Below, in pieces: positions 19,435 through 30,214 of a stretch of DNA of 64,000 nucleotides. The stretch spans positions 672,001 through 736,000 of the forward strand of contig OZ240248.1 in the NCBI GenBank assembly GCA_965198235.1, written 5' to 3'. A program made the position numbers and the translations under genes. The notes under the pieces are model-generated. The model saw only the letters and a list, made by a program, of their open reading frames with translations. It ran no database searches and was not told the origin of the DNA. The DNA comes from Candidatus Poribacteria bacterium. GTDB taxonomy: Bacteria; Poribacteria; WGA-4E; WGA-3G. The number at the start of each line of letters is the position of its first letter. Position 1 is the first letter of the stretch.

Positions 19435-19918
19435 AAAAATCGAAAATAAAATGGTACTGATATAATTAAACTTGAAAAATATGACGTTTGTGGTATGATA
19501 TGTGAAATTACCACTCCATGCATGCGTTTTTTCTGTTAAAAACTTGACAGAAATTTGAATCAGTGCTATTTTAAATGCTAAGAACAGTTTTGTGGGCGTT
19601 TTATCACCTATTTATTGGGAATTCCCGCAAAACAAACCCTTAATTCGTTGGAAGGAGATTTGCTTTTTACACGCTTCGCTTGGTGTTCGCAACTTTCGGA
19701 TACCTGCCTGGCAGTAACAGAAAAGAACGAAATTGAAGTGATGTTGGTTTCATTAACAAGATTTTGGGACTTTTCGTTTACATGTAAAGCAGTTTTCATC
19801 CATTTTTAAGGTTTTTTGTCGGAAACCGAGGTAGGGACAGCGAAATGTGAAAAATTCATATCGCAGTTCCAGCGTCCAAACATCCGATTCATTATTTCCA
19901 AGGAGGAAAAACAAAGTA

Positions 19919-22900
19919 ATGAACAGGCTAAAACAATCATTTGATGTTTTACTTGTAGCGACCTGTATCCTGAGTGCTTTTGTGCTTTACGGTTGTGGTG
20001 CACAGAGCCTTGGTCCACAAGAACCCCTATTGCCAACAATTGAGGGGAGTTCTAAATTTTCAGCACGGTTCCAGTTGGAAGAAGAACCTCAGTTCTTCTA
20101 CGATCTGTTTGGAAAAGAGCTGCTTGAGGGTAATGAGGTCTATAACTATATTGAGCAAAAAGAGTTTGACCAGGCTGGTACATTGATTATTGGTCGGACC
20201 GGTCAGCTTGATAGCGAAAGATTCTCAGCGCAGCTGGATAGAACCGTCTTGACAGAAGACAGTTTCCGCGGTAGATATACCGAATTTGCGATCGGCGATA
20301 GTATGCGTTTCAAACCGTCTACATTGTTCCCGAACCGCTACATTCTCTACAAAACAGAGTTTGATGGGCTGCGTTGGGATATCTCTTTCGCGCAGGAACG
20401 ACATCTTTTCACGCTCATCAATTCGCGTATCTCAAACCCTGTTCAGTTGACAGACGCAGCGGCGAACCTTGCACCGACTCTCGGACGTCGAAATGGTTTG
20501 AATGAAGACGCTGGAGTTCGCCATATTGAAAACTCACGACTGGTGGGCTTCCGAGCCCAAGGACTTTTGGGTGACATCTTCCGTGTTGGGTTTACTTATG
20601 TCAACCTGCATAAAGAGCACCCCGAACGTGTTGAGAACCCGCTCATGGGTACTGTAGCCAATACACCGCCAAAGGTAATTTCTGTTGTTTTCCGCGATGA
20701 CTCACCTGAAGACAATCACGGTTCCGTTACCCTATTCTCTGGCTATGATGATGCCAAACATGGCGGGAATATTCAAGGTGGTGTCGGTGCGGCTTTCAAA
20801 GGCATGACTGCCACAGTCATCACGCAAGAACTGGAAGACTTAACACCCAAAGAGATTGAAGACGGTGTTGAACCTAAAGCCCAACCCGCACGAACCGAAA
20901 AGATTAATATCTTCTCTAGCGATGTCACTCCGATTGATGTAGGCGGACTTCCGTCTGATATCCGTAAATCCGGGGATTGGGCAATTGTGGACGGTTTCAA
21001 CAAAATGAAGTATGATCTCGTTTTTGACGAGCATGATATTGACCCGCGCACTGTTCAATCGGTCATTTTTGATATGGTCGTAGCCGGTGATTATAACATT
21101 GCTGTTATCGGATTCAGTGATGCTAACAAAGCCGCTGAAGGTGCAGATCCGTTTGTTGAAGAGTGGATTAAAACCGAAGATGGGCACATTGAAATGCCAT
21201 ACCGCGATGTTATTCAAGCCCCCGGTAACTATGGACAATCCTCGGATTATATTAGCAACCGCGCGAATCTCTTTGATAATCCGAGTCAATGGTCAGGTGA
21301 AGGCAGACCGCGTAAAATCCGTTATCGTTACGGCGCGGCACGAGCGGCACTCCTCTACGGGCTTGATTTGGAAGGTACAGTCGGCAACGTTTTCGTTCGG
21401 GCACACTACTCTATCAACGGTAAATATAAGCAGTATCCGACGGTCCCCAAAGATCAGATTGGATTTAGTAGACTTACGCCAACTATTATAGGTGAGGATG
21501 GCGAGGAAGAAACCGGTATCTCCGTCGATCCGGCAACAGGCTTGCCATTAGACCGGAACGGTATACCCACCTATTCGGAGACTGAAGGTGAGCGGTTTGA
21601 AGCCAGGTTAGGTGGTGAGGGAACCGACGAAAGCGGCGACGGAGAAATGGGAAGAGAAACCGCATGGTTCGTCCAACTCAAATCCCGATTTGGGAAGTTG
21701 TACCTTGAAGGTGTCTACTACCATATCGATCCCGGGTACACCACAACCTATCTCAACTTCGGTGCTAATACCGACAGAGACCAGCCCTACTCGCTGGAGC
21801 GAACCCCCGAATCTCAGGCTGAAAGAGATCCGTGGGATGAAGTCAATTATGCCCTCGTTGAAGATGATGATGATGACGATGACTGGCCCGATGACATTGA
21901 CTTCGACGGAGTCCTACCCCGTGCTGATGACAGAGACCAGAACGGTGTTTTGGACTTCCAAGAAGACTTTCTCATCTTTGATGCCGATCCACCAGTGTTT
22001 ACCGACCTCGTCGATCTGAACAACAACGGCACCATTGATTCTCTTGAGGACGATTTTGAACCGCAATATGAGTACGGGGTAGACAGGGCAGGATACCATG
22101 TCTTCGCTGAATATGACCTCCTTGATAACCTTTCACTCAAAGTTGGGTGGCTCAACGAAAACGAAGTTTCAAGCCGCCGGCAGAATGATTCCAAATACCT
22201 ACATGTCACCTACCAACGTGACATCCCTGATTTTGGAACTGTACTTTTCCAAAACCGCTTCGTCCGAGTCCGAGACGATATTCCAGATTACACCATTACA
22301 CTGCGTGTTGGTGAATTGGAGCCTGTCCAAATTTCCGACGAGCTTGATTTCTACAACGCTCGTGTGAATACGACAACGCTGCAGTTCCTTTACACTGCTG
22401 TTCCTAACCTCACACTTGAAGCGAAATTCCTCGTTGTCCTCCAAAAACAGTTTGAGCAGGATGAAGAAGGCGCGATCTTCTTGGATGTTGAGGGATCAGG
22501 AGAAGAGGGCGATCCACTCAATGCAGATCAACGCGTTGATTTCATGGTCCCCATTGAGCAGGTCCGATCCTCCGGTGACAGACGGGAATTCCCATTCTAT
22601 CCAGATCACGGAATTAATGCCCTGAACCCTGAGGATCCGGGCTTAATCTACGATTCTGAAAACTGGAAGAAGCGTCGTTATCCGGAACGGGATATTCGCA
22701 ATCAGCAGACGATTCTCAAGGCGAGATACGAGATTCCACTTGGTGACCTCCCCTTCGTCGACAGAATCGGTGAAGATCTGACGCTTACACCGATGGTGAA
22801 GTACATTTGGGACCGCGCTTTTGACCGCGGCGCAGAGGAAATTGGGGATGCCCTTAACCCACGTCTGTTTGTTCCGACTGATGAAGAACCCATCGAATAC

Positions 22901-23239
22901 TTGCGCTTCAACCGTAGAAGTCGTGAAGATGTCCTCGGCGTACGGCTTGATTATCAGTTCACGCAACGAATGAACATTCTTGGGGGTTTCCAGTACAGGA
23001 AGTTCACCAACCGGGATAATAACTTCAAAGATTATTTGACGAATTTCCCGGAAGATGAGGATGTGCCAATCCTTTTCCGACCCGACCTGCGAACACGGAT
23101 ATTTGAAGTCCAAGCAATCAACCGTGGTGAATGGCTTGGGTTTAACATTGTTATCCTCGCTGGTTACCGGCGAACCACCATCCTGCTCGACCACACGACG
23201 AGTAACACAACGTTTGTGCGAGCGATGATGGGTTTCTAA
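19919..23239 (+). CDS. Large hypothetical outer-membrane protein with an Asp-rich Ca-binding-like loop
   Basis: AGGAGG SD; lipobox-like LYGC; amphipathic beta-strands; DxDxDG/DxNxNG repeats; C-terminal Phe (FVRAMMGF). Confidence 0.8.
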   Translation: MNRLKQSFDVLLVATCILSAFVLYGCGAQSLGPQEPLLPTIEGSSKFSARFQLEEEPQFFYDLFGKELLEGNEVYNYIEQKEFDQAGTLIIGRTGQLDSERFSAQLDRTVLTEDSFRGRYTEFAIGDSMRFKPSTLFPNRYILYKTEFDGLRWDISFAQERHLFTLINSRISNPVQLTDAAANLAPTLGRRNGLNEDAGVRHIENSRLVGFRAQGLLGDIFRVGFTYVNLHKEHPERVENPLMGTVANTPPKVISVVFRDDSPEDNHGSVTLFSGYDDAKHGGNIQGGVGAAFKGMTATVITQELEDLTPKEIEDGVEPKAQPARTEKINIFSSDVTPIDVGGLPSDIRKSGDWAIVDGFNKMKYDLVFDEHDIDPRTVQSVIFDMVVAGDYNIAVIGFSDANKAAEGADPFVEEWIKTEDGHIEMPYRDVIQAPGNYGQSSDYISNRANLFDNPSQWSGEGRPRKIRYRYGAARAALLYGLDLEGTVGNVFVRAHYSINGKYKQYPTVPKDQIGFSRLTPTIIGEDGEEETGISVDPATGLPLDRNGIPTYSETEGERFEARLGGEGTDESGDGEMGRETAWFVQLKSRFGKLYLEGVYYHIDPGYTTTYLNFGANTDRDQPYSLERTPESQAERDPWDEVNYALVEDDDDDDDWPDDIDFDGVLPRADDRDQNGVLDFQEDFLIFDADPPVFTDLVDLNNNGTIDSLEDDFEPQYEYGVDRAGYHVFAEYDLLDNLSLKVGWLNENEVSSRRQNDSKYLHVTYQRDIPDFGTVLFQNRFVRVRDDIPDYTITLRVGELEPVQISDELDFYNARVNTTTLQFLYTAVPNLTLEAKFLVVLQKQFEQDEEGAIFLDVEGSGEEGDPLNADQRVDFMVPIEQVRSSGDRREFPFYPDHGINALNPEDPGLIYDSENWKKRRYPERDIRNQQTILKARYEIPLGDLPFVDRIGEDLTLTPMVKYIWDRAFDRGAEEIGDALNPRLFVPTDEEPIEYLRFNRRSREDVLGVRLDYQFTQRMNILGGFQYRKFTNRDNNFKDYLTNFPEDEDVPILFRPDLRTRIFEVQAINRGEWLGFNIVILAGYRRTTILLDHTTSNTTFVRAMMGF

Positions 23240-23561
23240 GTGATGTTTGGATCGCTGGACACGAAGAAATCGTTCCAGCGATCTCGCGTCTCGCTATATC
23301 ACCTGTGTTGTGTTTCCATGGGGTTTGAATAAAACTCACGTAACTTCTGAAGCACTCAGGTGTTGTTAACGAGAACGGCGTTGTAAACGGTGGGAGCGGT
23401 TACAAATCGCTTCTACCCAACCTGAAAACTTGTGTTGTTTTTCAAATGCTCAAGTGTTAGTAAAATTGAGTTGTTGGGTGAGGTTCCCACAACACTTTAT
23501 GAGATGACTTGTAAAACTTGCCAGCGTATTTGGCAAGTTATCCTAAGGAGGATCAGAACGA

Positions 23562-24554
23562 ATGACTCGTTTAAGTTTGGTGTTAATGCTGGTCGCTTGT
23601 ATCGGTATGTCTGCCGGTGTTGTCTTCGCACAAGACAGTGGCGGAACCGTCCGGGGCCAGATTGTTGATACAACCACAGCACAAAGCCCAATTGATGGCG
23701 TTGAAGTCAAGATTGTTGCCCAAAGCGGCGAAGAATTTGCAGCATCGACGGATGCTAACGGTGATTATGAGCGCTCCGGTGTTCCCGCGGGTCGCTACCT
23801 CATCAGTATCTATAGAGAAGGATACGGTGATCGGCTCGGTAAACCCGTTACAGTCGTTAATGGTGGCGACCACTTTGTCCCACTCAAGATGACGAAAAAA
23901 GACAATATCGTCACTTTCTTCCAGAAGTTTGGATTCGTCTTCTGGCCCCTCGCCCTCTGTTCCATCACGGCGTTGACTTTCATTATTGAAAGACTGTTCA
24001 CCTTCGTTCGGAGCCGTTCTCGAATTGGAACCGAACAGTTTATCGCCAGTATTGCTGATTCATTGCGGAAAGAGAACATTATGGAAGCCGTCTCGATTTG
24101 TGAAGAAGCCGGTGGACCGCTTGCTAACGTTCTTAAAGCAGGATTGCTGCGATACAGCCAAGCCCAAATTGAGGAACGCAATATTACCAAAGAGGAAATT
24201 CAGGAATCCATTGAGGAAGCAAGTCTGCTTGAAATCCCTGAACTCGAAAGAAATCTACCCGTCCTCGGTACTGTTGCAGTCGTGTCTCCGCTGTTTGGTT
24301 TGCTCGGAACAGTTACAGGTATGATTAGTGCATTTACTACAATCGCACTTGAAGGTACTGGTGACCCGCAGCAGCTCGCTGGTGGTATCTCACAGGCACT
24401 TCTCACAACTGCTGCTGGCTTGACAGTTGCTATTCCCTGCTTGATTTTCTTCCAGCTCTTTGATAGTTGGGTCAACAGGCACCTGGTTGAGATCTCCCAG
24501 GTTTCTACCGAGATTGTGAACCAGTTGATTGTTAGTGAAGGCGGCGATGCCTAA
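23562..24554 (+). CDS. exbB: ExbB/TolQ/MotA proton-channel protein with an N-terminal carboxypeptidase-regulatory-like domain
   Basis: SPLFGLLGTVTGMISAF...LAGGISQALLTTAAGLTVAIP; N-terminal GTVRGQIVD..TDANGDY beta-sandwich. Confidence 0.88.
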   Translation: MTRLSLVLMLVACIGMSAGVVFAQDSGGTVRGQIVDTTTAQSPIDGVEVKIVAQSGEEFAASTDANGDYERSGVPAGRYLISIYREGYGDRLGKPVTVVNGGDHFVPLKMTKKDNIVTFFQKFGFVFWPLALCSITALTFIIERLFTFVRSRSRIGTEQFIASIADSLRKENIMEAVSICEEAGGPLANVLKAGLLRYSQAQIEERNITKEEIQESIEEASLLEIPELERNLPVLGTVAVVSPLFGLLGTVTGMISAFTTIALEGTGDPQQLAGGISQALLTTAAGLTVAIPCLIFFQLFDSWVNRHLVEISQVSTEIVNQLIVSEGGDA

Positions 24555-24666
24555 TCTTGGAACGGAACGGGCGGGTACTTTCACTCGCCCTCTCCTAATG
24601 ACTTTGTAGGCTACCAGGTCCTTGTACCTTAGCCTTAGTCTCATTAACGAGAAAGGAGACTCTAAA

Positions 24667-25119
24667 ATGCAACAAGCCGGCGGTGAAGTCAAATTGAGTC
24701 TACTTGCGACCAGGATCCGGGAACGCAAGCCACCAACGCTCAGTATGGCACCTATGATTGATTGTGTGTTCCTGCTCCTGATTTTCTTCATGGTATCGAC
24801 AACCTTCTCGCCGATTCCAGGTCTCCGGGTACAGTTGCCCCCGCCGGGGAAACCGTCACCCGATAAACCGAAAGGTCTGACTGTCCGAATCGCAAATCCG
24901 GAACCCGGTGATGACAGAGGCACTATGGTGCTGAATGATGAGGTCGTCCAGATTGATGAAATGTTTAATCGATTCATCAATGCACCTGAGGAAGCGACAA
25001 GCATGCTCATTATTCAATCCGAGCGAGAAGTACTACATGAGCAGATCGTGCAAGTGATGGATATCGCGAAACAGGCAGGTATAGATAAAATCGGGTTCGC
25101 TATTGTCGCGAGAGACTGA
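24667..25119 (+). CDS. exbD: ExbD/TolR biopolymer transport protein
   Basis: MAPMIDCVFLLLIFFMVST; AAGGAG SD. Confidence 0.9.
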   Translation: MQQAGGEVKLSLLATRIRERKPPTLSMAPMIDCVFLLLIFFMVSTTFSPIPGLRVQLPPPGKPSPDKPKGLTVRIANPEPGDDRGTMVLNDEVVQIDEMFNRFINAPEEATSMLIIQSEREVLHEQIVQVMDIAKQAGIDKIGFAIVARD

Positions 25120-25172
25120 CTTATCTCACGCGATAATAATAGCACTCCACTCTCTATAGAAGGAGAATTCAG

Positions 25173-25595
25173 ATGGCTTTGAACATGTCTCGGCGGAAGA
25201 AAACAGGCACCGATGATGACATTCCGATGGCACCGATGATCGATTGTGTCTTTTTGTTGCTTATCTTCTTCATGGTGTCTGCTATCATGCGGGTTCCCCC
25301 GCCTTTCACTGTCACCTTACCCGATTCCGCAACTAAGCACGAGTTCACACGGAAGAAGTATAATCTCTTCATTAGCGGTGACGGACGGATTTCGATTGAT
25401 GACCAGGAGATGTTGACCCTGGAAGACATGGAGCTTTTCATTGCAGCTCATGAAAACCAGATTAGCACTCTAATTATCAAGGCAGATAAGCGTGCGAAAC
25501 ACGGTGTCGTCATTGATGTGGTGGAACGAGCGAAACAACGCTCCAGTAAAACGGAGGGGCTTGAAATCGCTTTCGCGGTCTCGGAAGAGAACTGA
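25173..25595 (+). CDS. exbD: Second ExbD/TolR protein
   Basis: MAPMIDCVFLLLIFFMVS...IIKADKRAKHG. Confidence 0.9.
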   Translation: MALNMSRRKKTGTDDDIPMAPMIDCVFLLLIFFMVSAIMRVPPPFTVTLPDSATKHEFTRKKYNLFISGDGRISIDDQEMLTLEDMELFIAAHENQISTLIIKADKRAKHGVVIDVVERAKQRSSKTEGLEIAFAVSEEN

Positions 25596-25614
25596 AAACT
25601 GCAACGCAGTTAAC

Positions 25615-25644
25615 AAAAAAGGCAGCTTCGGCTGCCTTTTTTTT
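25615..25644. terminator. Bidirectional intrinsic terminator
   Basis: AAAAAA-GGCAGC-TTCG-GCTGCC-T run between convergent exbD and gltB. Confidence 0.9.
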
Positions 25645-25720
25645 TCAGATAATATAGTACAATAGAGGGACGACTCAACTGCAAGGTAGATTTTTGGTGC
25701 TTATCTCGCGGTTGAGTTTT

Positions 25721-28700
25721 TTAGCGTTTTCGTTCTCTGCGTCCTGCGGCTCTCCTTTTAAGTTGGACGGGTGCTGGAGGCGGTGGCGGCGGCGGTGTTA
25801 CAACCTTCCAAAAATGCGAAAGGAGATCCTCCCAATTGGTGAGGATTTTCTCGGCGTGTTCACTGTCGGTATATGCCGCGTGATTTTGTATAAGTGCCAT
25901 CAGATTTTTAATATCTGTTTCACTCGTTACCTTTTCTAACTTCACCCAATCCGAGTTGTACTTCTTCTCGAACTGTTGTTTTTCGTCGAGAACATAGGCA
26001 GTGCCGCCGGTCATCCCGGCTCCAAAGTTTCTACCCGTTTCGCCGAGAATTACGACTGTCCCCGCGGTCATGTATTCACAACCGTGATCTCCCACACCTT
26101 CAACGACAGCGGTTACACCGCTATTTCGGACGCAGAACCGTTCGCCGGCTCTACCGGCTGCATAAAGCGTACCACCTGTGGCACCGTACAACACTGTATT
26201 TCCGATGATTGTATTTTCATAAGTTAGGAACTGTGCAGTTGGCGCGGGTCTAATAATAATTTCTCCGCCTGCCATGCCCTTGCCCACATAGTCATTAGCT
26301 TCGCCTGTCAAAACGAATTGTACACCGCTGATACAGAAAGCACCGAAGCTCTGTCCCGCACTGCCCCTAAAATTGCACCGGATCGTCCTATCAGGTAAGC
26401 CAGCATCGCCATAGTGCATCGCAATTTCACCGGACAACTTTGCTCCCACTGTTCGGTGCGTATTCCGGATGGAATAAGAGAGTTGGATCGATGTTTTCTG
26501 TGAGATTGCTTCCTTAGCATCCTCCAGAATCTGGTCGTCAAGAGAAATGTCATCCCGACTGTTTCGCTTTTGTAGATGGTAACGCGGCTGCGTTCCAGTT
26601 GGATCGGCAGGGGTCAGAATCTCGCTCAAATCCAGCGTTCCAGTTTTCGGGTAATCTGCTAAATCGACCGGTTGAAGCAATTCTGGACGTCCGATAATAT
26701 CGTTGAGGCTCCGGTGCCCGAGGTTGGCAAGGATAATTCGCACTTCATTCGCCACACCGAGCATGAAATTGATAACCATTTCGGGCGTGCCGGGATATTT
26801 CGCACGGAGTGCTGGATCTTGGGTAGCTACACCAACCGGACACGTATTCAAGTGGCATTGGCGTGCCATAACACACCCTGTCGCGACCATCGCTATCGTT
26901 CCAAACCCGTATTCTTCTGCCCCCAACATTGCGGCAATAACAATGTCGCGTCCGGAACGCATTCCACCGTCCGCCCGTAACACGACACGATCCCGCAATT
27001 CATTTGTTACGAGTGCACGCTGTGTCTCAGCAAGTCCGAGTTCCCAAGGGGTCCCTGCGTTTTTAATGGAACTGAGCGGGGATGCCCCGGTGCCTCCTTC
27101 ATGCCCACTTATTTGTATTACATCAGCGTAGCCCTTTGCCACCCCTGACGCAATCGTTCCAACGAGAAATTCGGATACCAATTTTACAGCTACCTTTGCC
27201 CGCGGGTTCGCTTGTTTCAGATCGTAGATGAGCTGTGCCAAATCCTCGATAGAGTAGATGTCATGATGTGGAGGTGGTGAGATCAGCGGCACTCCTGGCA
27301 CAGAGTGTCGAAGAGAAGCGATTTCGGCTGTCACTTTATGCCCTGGAATCTGTCCACCTTCTCCGGGTTTTGAACCTTGCGCCATCTTAATTTCCAGTTC
27401 CTTCGCCGATATAAGATATGTTGGAGTTACACCGAAACGTCCGGATGCCACCTGTTTGATGGCACTGGAAGCAAGGTCACCATTGGGCTGCGGCTTAAAG
27501 CGCGTGCTGCTTTCACCGCCTTCTCCACTCCCCGATTTTGCCCCAAGACGATTCATAGCGATTGCCAAGGTTTCGTGTGTCTCGCGACTTAACGCACCGA
27601 AGGACATACTACCGGTTGTGAAACGCCGAACGATATCTTCCGCCGGCTCTACCTCTTCAATCGGAATAGGGGCACCGGGTTTAAAAGCAAGCAGATCTCG
27701 TAAACTGGAAGGTTCTCCACTCTCAACGGCAGCAGCATATTTTTCATAGTCCTCAGGCTTACCTCCCTTGACAAATTTGTGAAGTGACTTAAATACCGTC
27801 GGATTAAAGGCATGGAATTCGCCGTTTCTACGAAATCGGAAATAGCCTGCCTCCTCTAAGGACGTGTTGCCTTCACTTCCAGAAAACGCTTTTGTGTGAA
27901 AGTGGAGCGTCTCTGCTGCGATTTCAGCAAAGCCAATGCCACTTAAGCGTGAGGTGGTACCTGTAAAGCATTTATCAATAACCGTTGCGTTGATACCAAG
28001 GGCTTCAAAAATCTGGGCACCGTGATAACTTGACACCGCCGAAATTCCCATCTTTGCCATAATTTTCAAAATACCTTTTTCGACGGTTGCTTTATAGATT
28101 TCAATGGCTTTCGGTGCGGTGAGTTCTGCGAATTCACCGTCCTCAGCAAGTTGAACAATCGTTGAGAGGGCAAGATAAGGGTTGATTGCAGCTGCCCCGT
28201 AACCGAGAAGAACAGCGAAGTGATGTTCTTCTCTTGCATCTCCGGTTTCAGCGACGAGGCTTGCCCGCATTCGCTTTTCTTCCCGAATCAAATGGTGGTG
28301 GACAGCACCGACAGCAAGTGCCATCGGAACCGGAGCAAGATCAGGAGAAACCTCTTTGTCACTTAGCACAAGAATTGTTGTTCCCGCATCAATTGCCTCG
28401 GAGGCGCGTTGACATAGCGTTTCTAAGGCATCCTCCAAACCTTGTTTGCCAGAAACTACGGGGAAGCAGACAGAGAGTGTTGCTATCTGAAAATCAGGTA
28501 TATTCAGTTCACGCAACGCTTGTAAATCTGTGTTTGTCAAAATTGGCGAGGGTACTCGAATAAGTCGAGCATGCTCTGGAGTTTCTGTGAGCAAACTCTG
28601 CTGCTGTCCAAGATGCGTTGTCAGGGACATCACCAAACGTTCCCGGATGGAATCGATAGGTGGATTCGTAACCTGCGCGAAACGCTGTTTGAAGTAACTA

Positions 28701-30214
28701 TAGAGCAAACGCGGATGCCGAGAAATCACAGCGGGCGGTGTGTCATCGCCCATTGAACCGACTGCTTCCTTCGCTTCTGTTACCATGGGTTTAATAAAGC
28801 GTTCCACGTCTTCAACCATATAGCCGAAAGCTTTCTGGTATGTCGATAACTGTTCAGGAACAGCATTTGTCGTGATACACGCCCCATTTTTTTCGGTTGG
28901 GAGCATCACGATGCCTTTCTGTACCCACTCGGCATAAGGCTTTTGCGTGGCAACATCATGTTTAATTTCGGAATCTTTCAGCAATTTCCCTTGTGCTGTA
29001 TCAACAGCAATCATTTGCCCAGGACCCAAACGTCCCTTTTCCACGACGCGACTGTCATCAAGTTCAATAATTCCAACTTCGGAGCCCATGACAACTGTAC
29101 CGTCTTCGGTAACCTTATAGCGTGCGGGTCGTAGTCCGTTTCTATCCAAATTCGCACCGACCATAACACCATCTGTAAACGCAACCGCCGCCGGTCCATC
29201 CCAAGGTTCGCTGACACATGAGAGATACTCGTAACAGGCTTTCAACTCGTCCGGCATATCGGGAACCTGCTCATAGGCTTCTGGGATCAGACACATCATG
29301 GCATGTAAAATACCGCGACCAGAGTGTGTTAACAACTCTAACACGTTATCCAGACTCATCGAATCGCTGCCATGTGGGTTGATAATCGGAACGAGTTTTC
29401 GGATGTGTTCGTTCCAGAGGGGCGATTGCAAGTCGGCTTCGCGCGCTCGCATCCAGTTCTGATTGCCCATCAAGGTGTTGATTTCGCCATTATGTGCAAG
29501 TGTATGAAAAGGTTGGGCGAGCATCCATGTGGATGAGGTGTTTGTACTGTAGCGTTGATGGAAAACGGCAAGTGCCGCCTGAAAATCAGGGTCTTTTAAA
29601 TCGGGATAAAACTGGGTCAGCTGGGGTGCTACCAGCAATCCTTTATAGACAATCGTCCGATGTGAAAAAGAGGCGATATGGAATTCGTCGAGTGCTGCCG
29701 CTGTAACACGATGCTCTAACTCTTTACATATCAGATACAAGCGTTGTTCAAAGGCGTCATCGGTGAATTGCTCTGGACGTCCCACCAATACCTGTTGGAT
29801 TTCCGGCAGCGTTTCCAGTGCCTTAGCCCCGAGAGCGGCAAAATCCTGAGGGACCGAACGCCATCCAAGGAAAGGAACACCGTACTGTTGTAATATCTCT
29901 TCAACGATTGCGCGTCCCCGTGCCTGTGCGTCCCGGTCGTGCCTCGGCAGGAAGATCATCCCGACACCCATGTCATTTATTGAATCGAGGTGGACTCCGA
30001 GTTTCTGAAGTTCTTTTTGAAATATTTTCTCCGGAATTTGTGTTAAAATACCTGCACCGTCTCCTGTCTTGGCATCAGCCGCCACCGCGCCTCGATGTGT
30101 CAAATTCGTGACCGCTTGCGTCGCCATCTTGATAATATCGTGGCTCCGATTTCCAAAACGGTTTGCGACAAAACCAACGCCACAGGCATCTTTTTCATTT
30201 AAATCATTATACAT
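25721..30214 (-). CDS. gltB: Glutamate synthase large subunit
   Basis: DACGVGF, HNGEINT, KQVASGRFGV, GSKPGEGGQ and CVMARQCHLNTCPVG motifs; GXGXG domain. Confidence 0.98.
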   Translation of the reverse strand: MYNDLNEKDACGVGFVANRFGNRSHDIIKMATQAVTNLTHRGAVAADAKTGDGAGILTQIPEKIFQKELQKLGVHLDSINDMGVGMIFLPRHDRDAQARGRAIVEEILQQYGVPFLGWRSVPQDFAALGAKALETLPEIQQVLVGRPEQFTDDAFEQRLYLICKELEHRVTAAALDEFHIASFSHRTIVYKGLLVAPQLTQFYPDLKDPDFQAALAVFHQRYSTNTSSTWMLAQPFHTLAHNGEINTLMGNQNWMRAREADLQSPLWNEHIRKLVPIINPHGSDSMSLDNVLELLTHSGRGILHAMMCLIPEAYEQVPDMPDELKACYEYLSCVSEPWDGPAAVAFTDGVMVGANLDRNGLRPARYKVTEDGTVVMGSEVGIIELDDSRVVEKGRLGPGQMIAVDTAQGKLLKDSEIKHDVATQKPYAEWVQKGIVMLPTEKNGACITTNAVPEQLSTYQKAFGYMVEDVERFIKPMVTEAKEAVGSMGDDTPPAVISRHPRLLYSYFKQRFAQVTNPPIDSIRERLVMSLTTHLGQQQSLLTETPEHARLIRVPSPILTNTDLQALRELNIPDFQIATLSVCFPVVSGKQGLEDALETLCQRASEAIDAGTTILVLSDKEVSPDLAPVPMALAVGAVHHHLIREEKRMRASLVAETGDAREEHHFAVLLGYGAAAINPYLALSTIVQLAEDGEFAELTAPKAIEIYKATVEKGILKIMAKMGISAVSSYHGAQIFEALGINATVIDKCFTGTTSRLSGIGFAEIAAETLHFHTKAFSGSEGNTSLEEAGYFRFRRNGEFHAFNPTVFKSLHKFVKGGKPEDYEKYAAAVESGEPSSLRDLLAFKPGAPIPIEEVEPAEDIVRRFTTGSMSFGALSRETHETLAIAMNRLGAKSGSGEGGESSTRFKPQPNGDLASSAIKQVASGRFGVTPTYLISAKELEIKMAQGSKPGEGGQIPGHKVTAEIASLRHSVPGVPLISPPPHHDIYSIEDLAQLIYDLKQANPRAKVAVKLVSEFLVGTIASGVAKGYADVIQISGHEGGTGASPLSSIKNAGTPWELGLAETQRALVTNELRDRVVLRADGGMRSGRDIVIAAMLGAEEYGFGTIAMVATGCVMARQCHLNTCPVGVATQDPALRAKYPGTPEMVINFMLGVANEVRIILANLGHRSLNDIIGRPELLQPVDLADYPKTGTLDLSEILTPADPTGTQPRYHLQKRNSRDDISLDDQILEDAKEAISQKTSIQLSYSIRNTHRTVGAKLSGEIAMHYGDAGLPDRTIRCNFRGSAGQSFGAFCISGVQFVLTGEANDYVGKGMAGGEIIIRPAPTAQFLTYENTIIGNTVLYGATGGTLYAAGRAGERFCVRNSGVTAVVEGVGDHGCEYMTAGTVVILGETGRNFGAGMTGGTAYVLDEKQQFEKKYNSDWVKLEKVTSETDIKNLMALIQNHAAYTDSEHAEKILTNWEDLLSHFWKVVTPPPPPPPAPVQLKRRAAGRRERKR

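Noticed and set aside
19179-19460. 93-aa ORF in the large intergenic region
   Set aside because: Weak start, no SD and no recognisable motif. RNA structure explains the region better.
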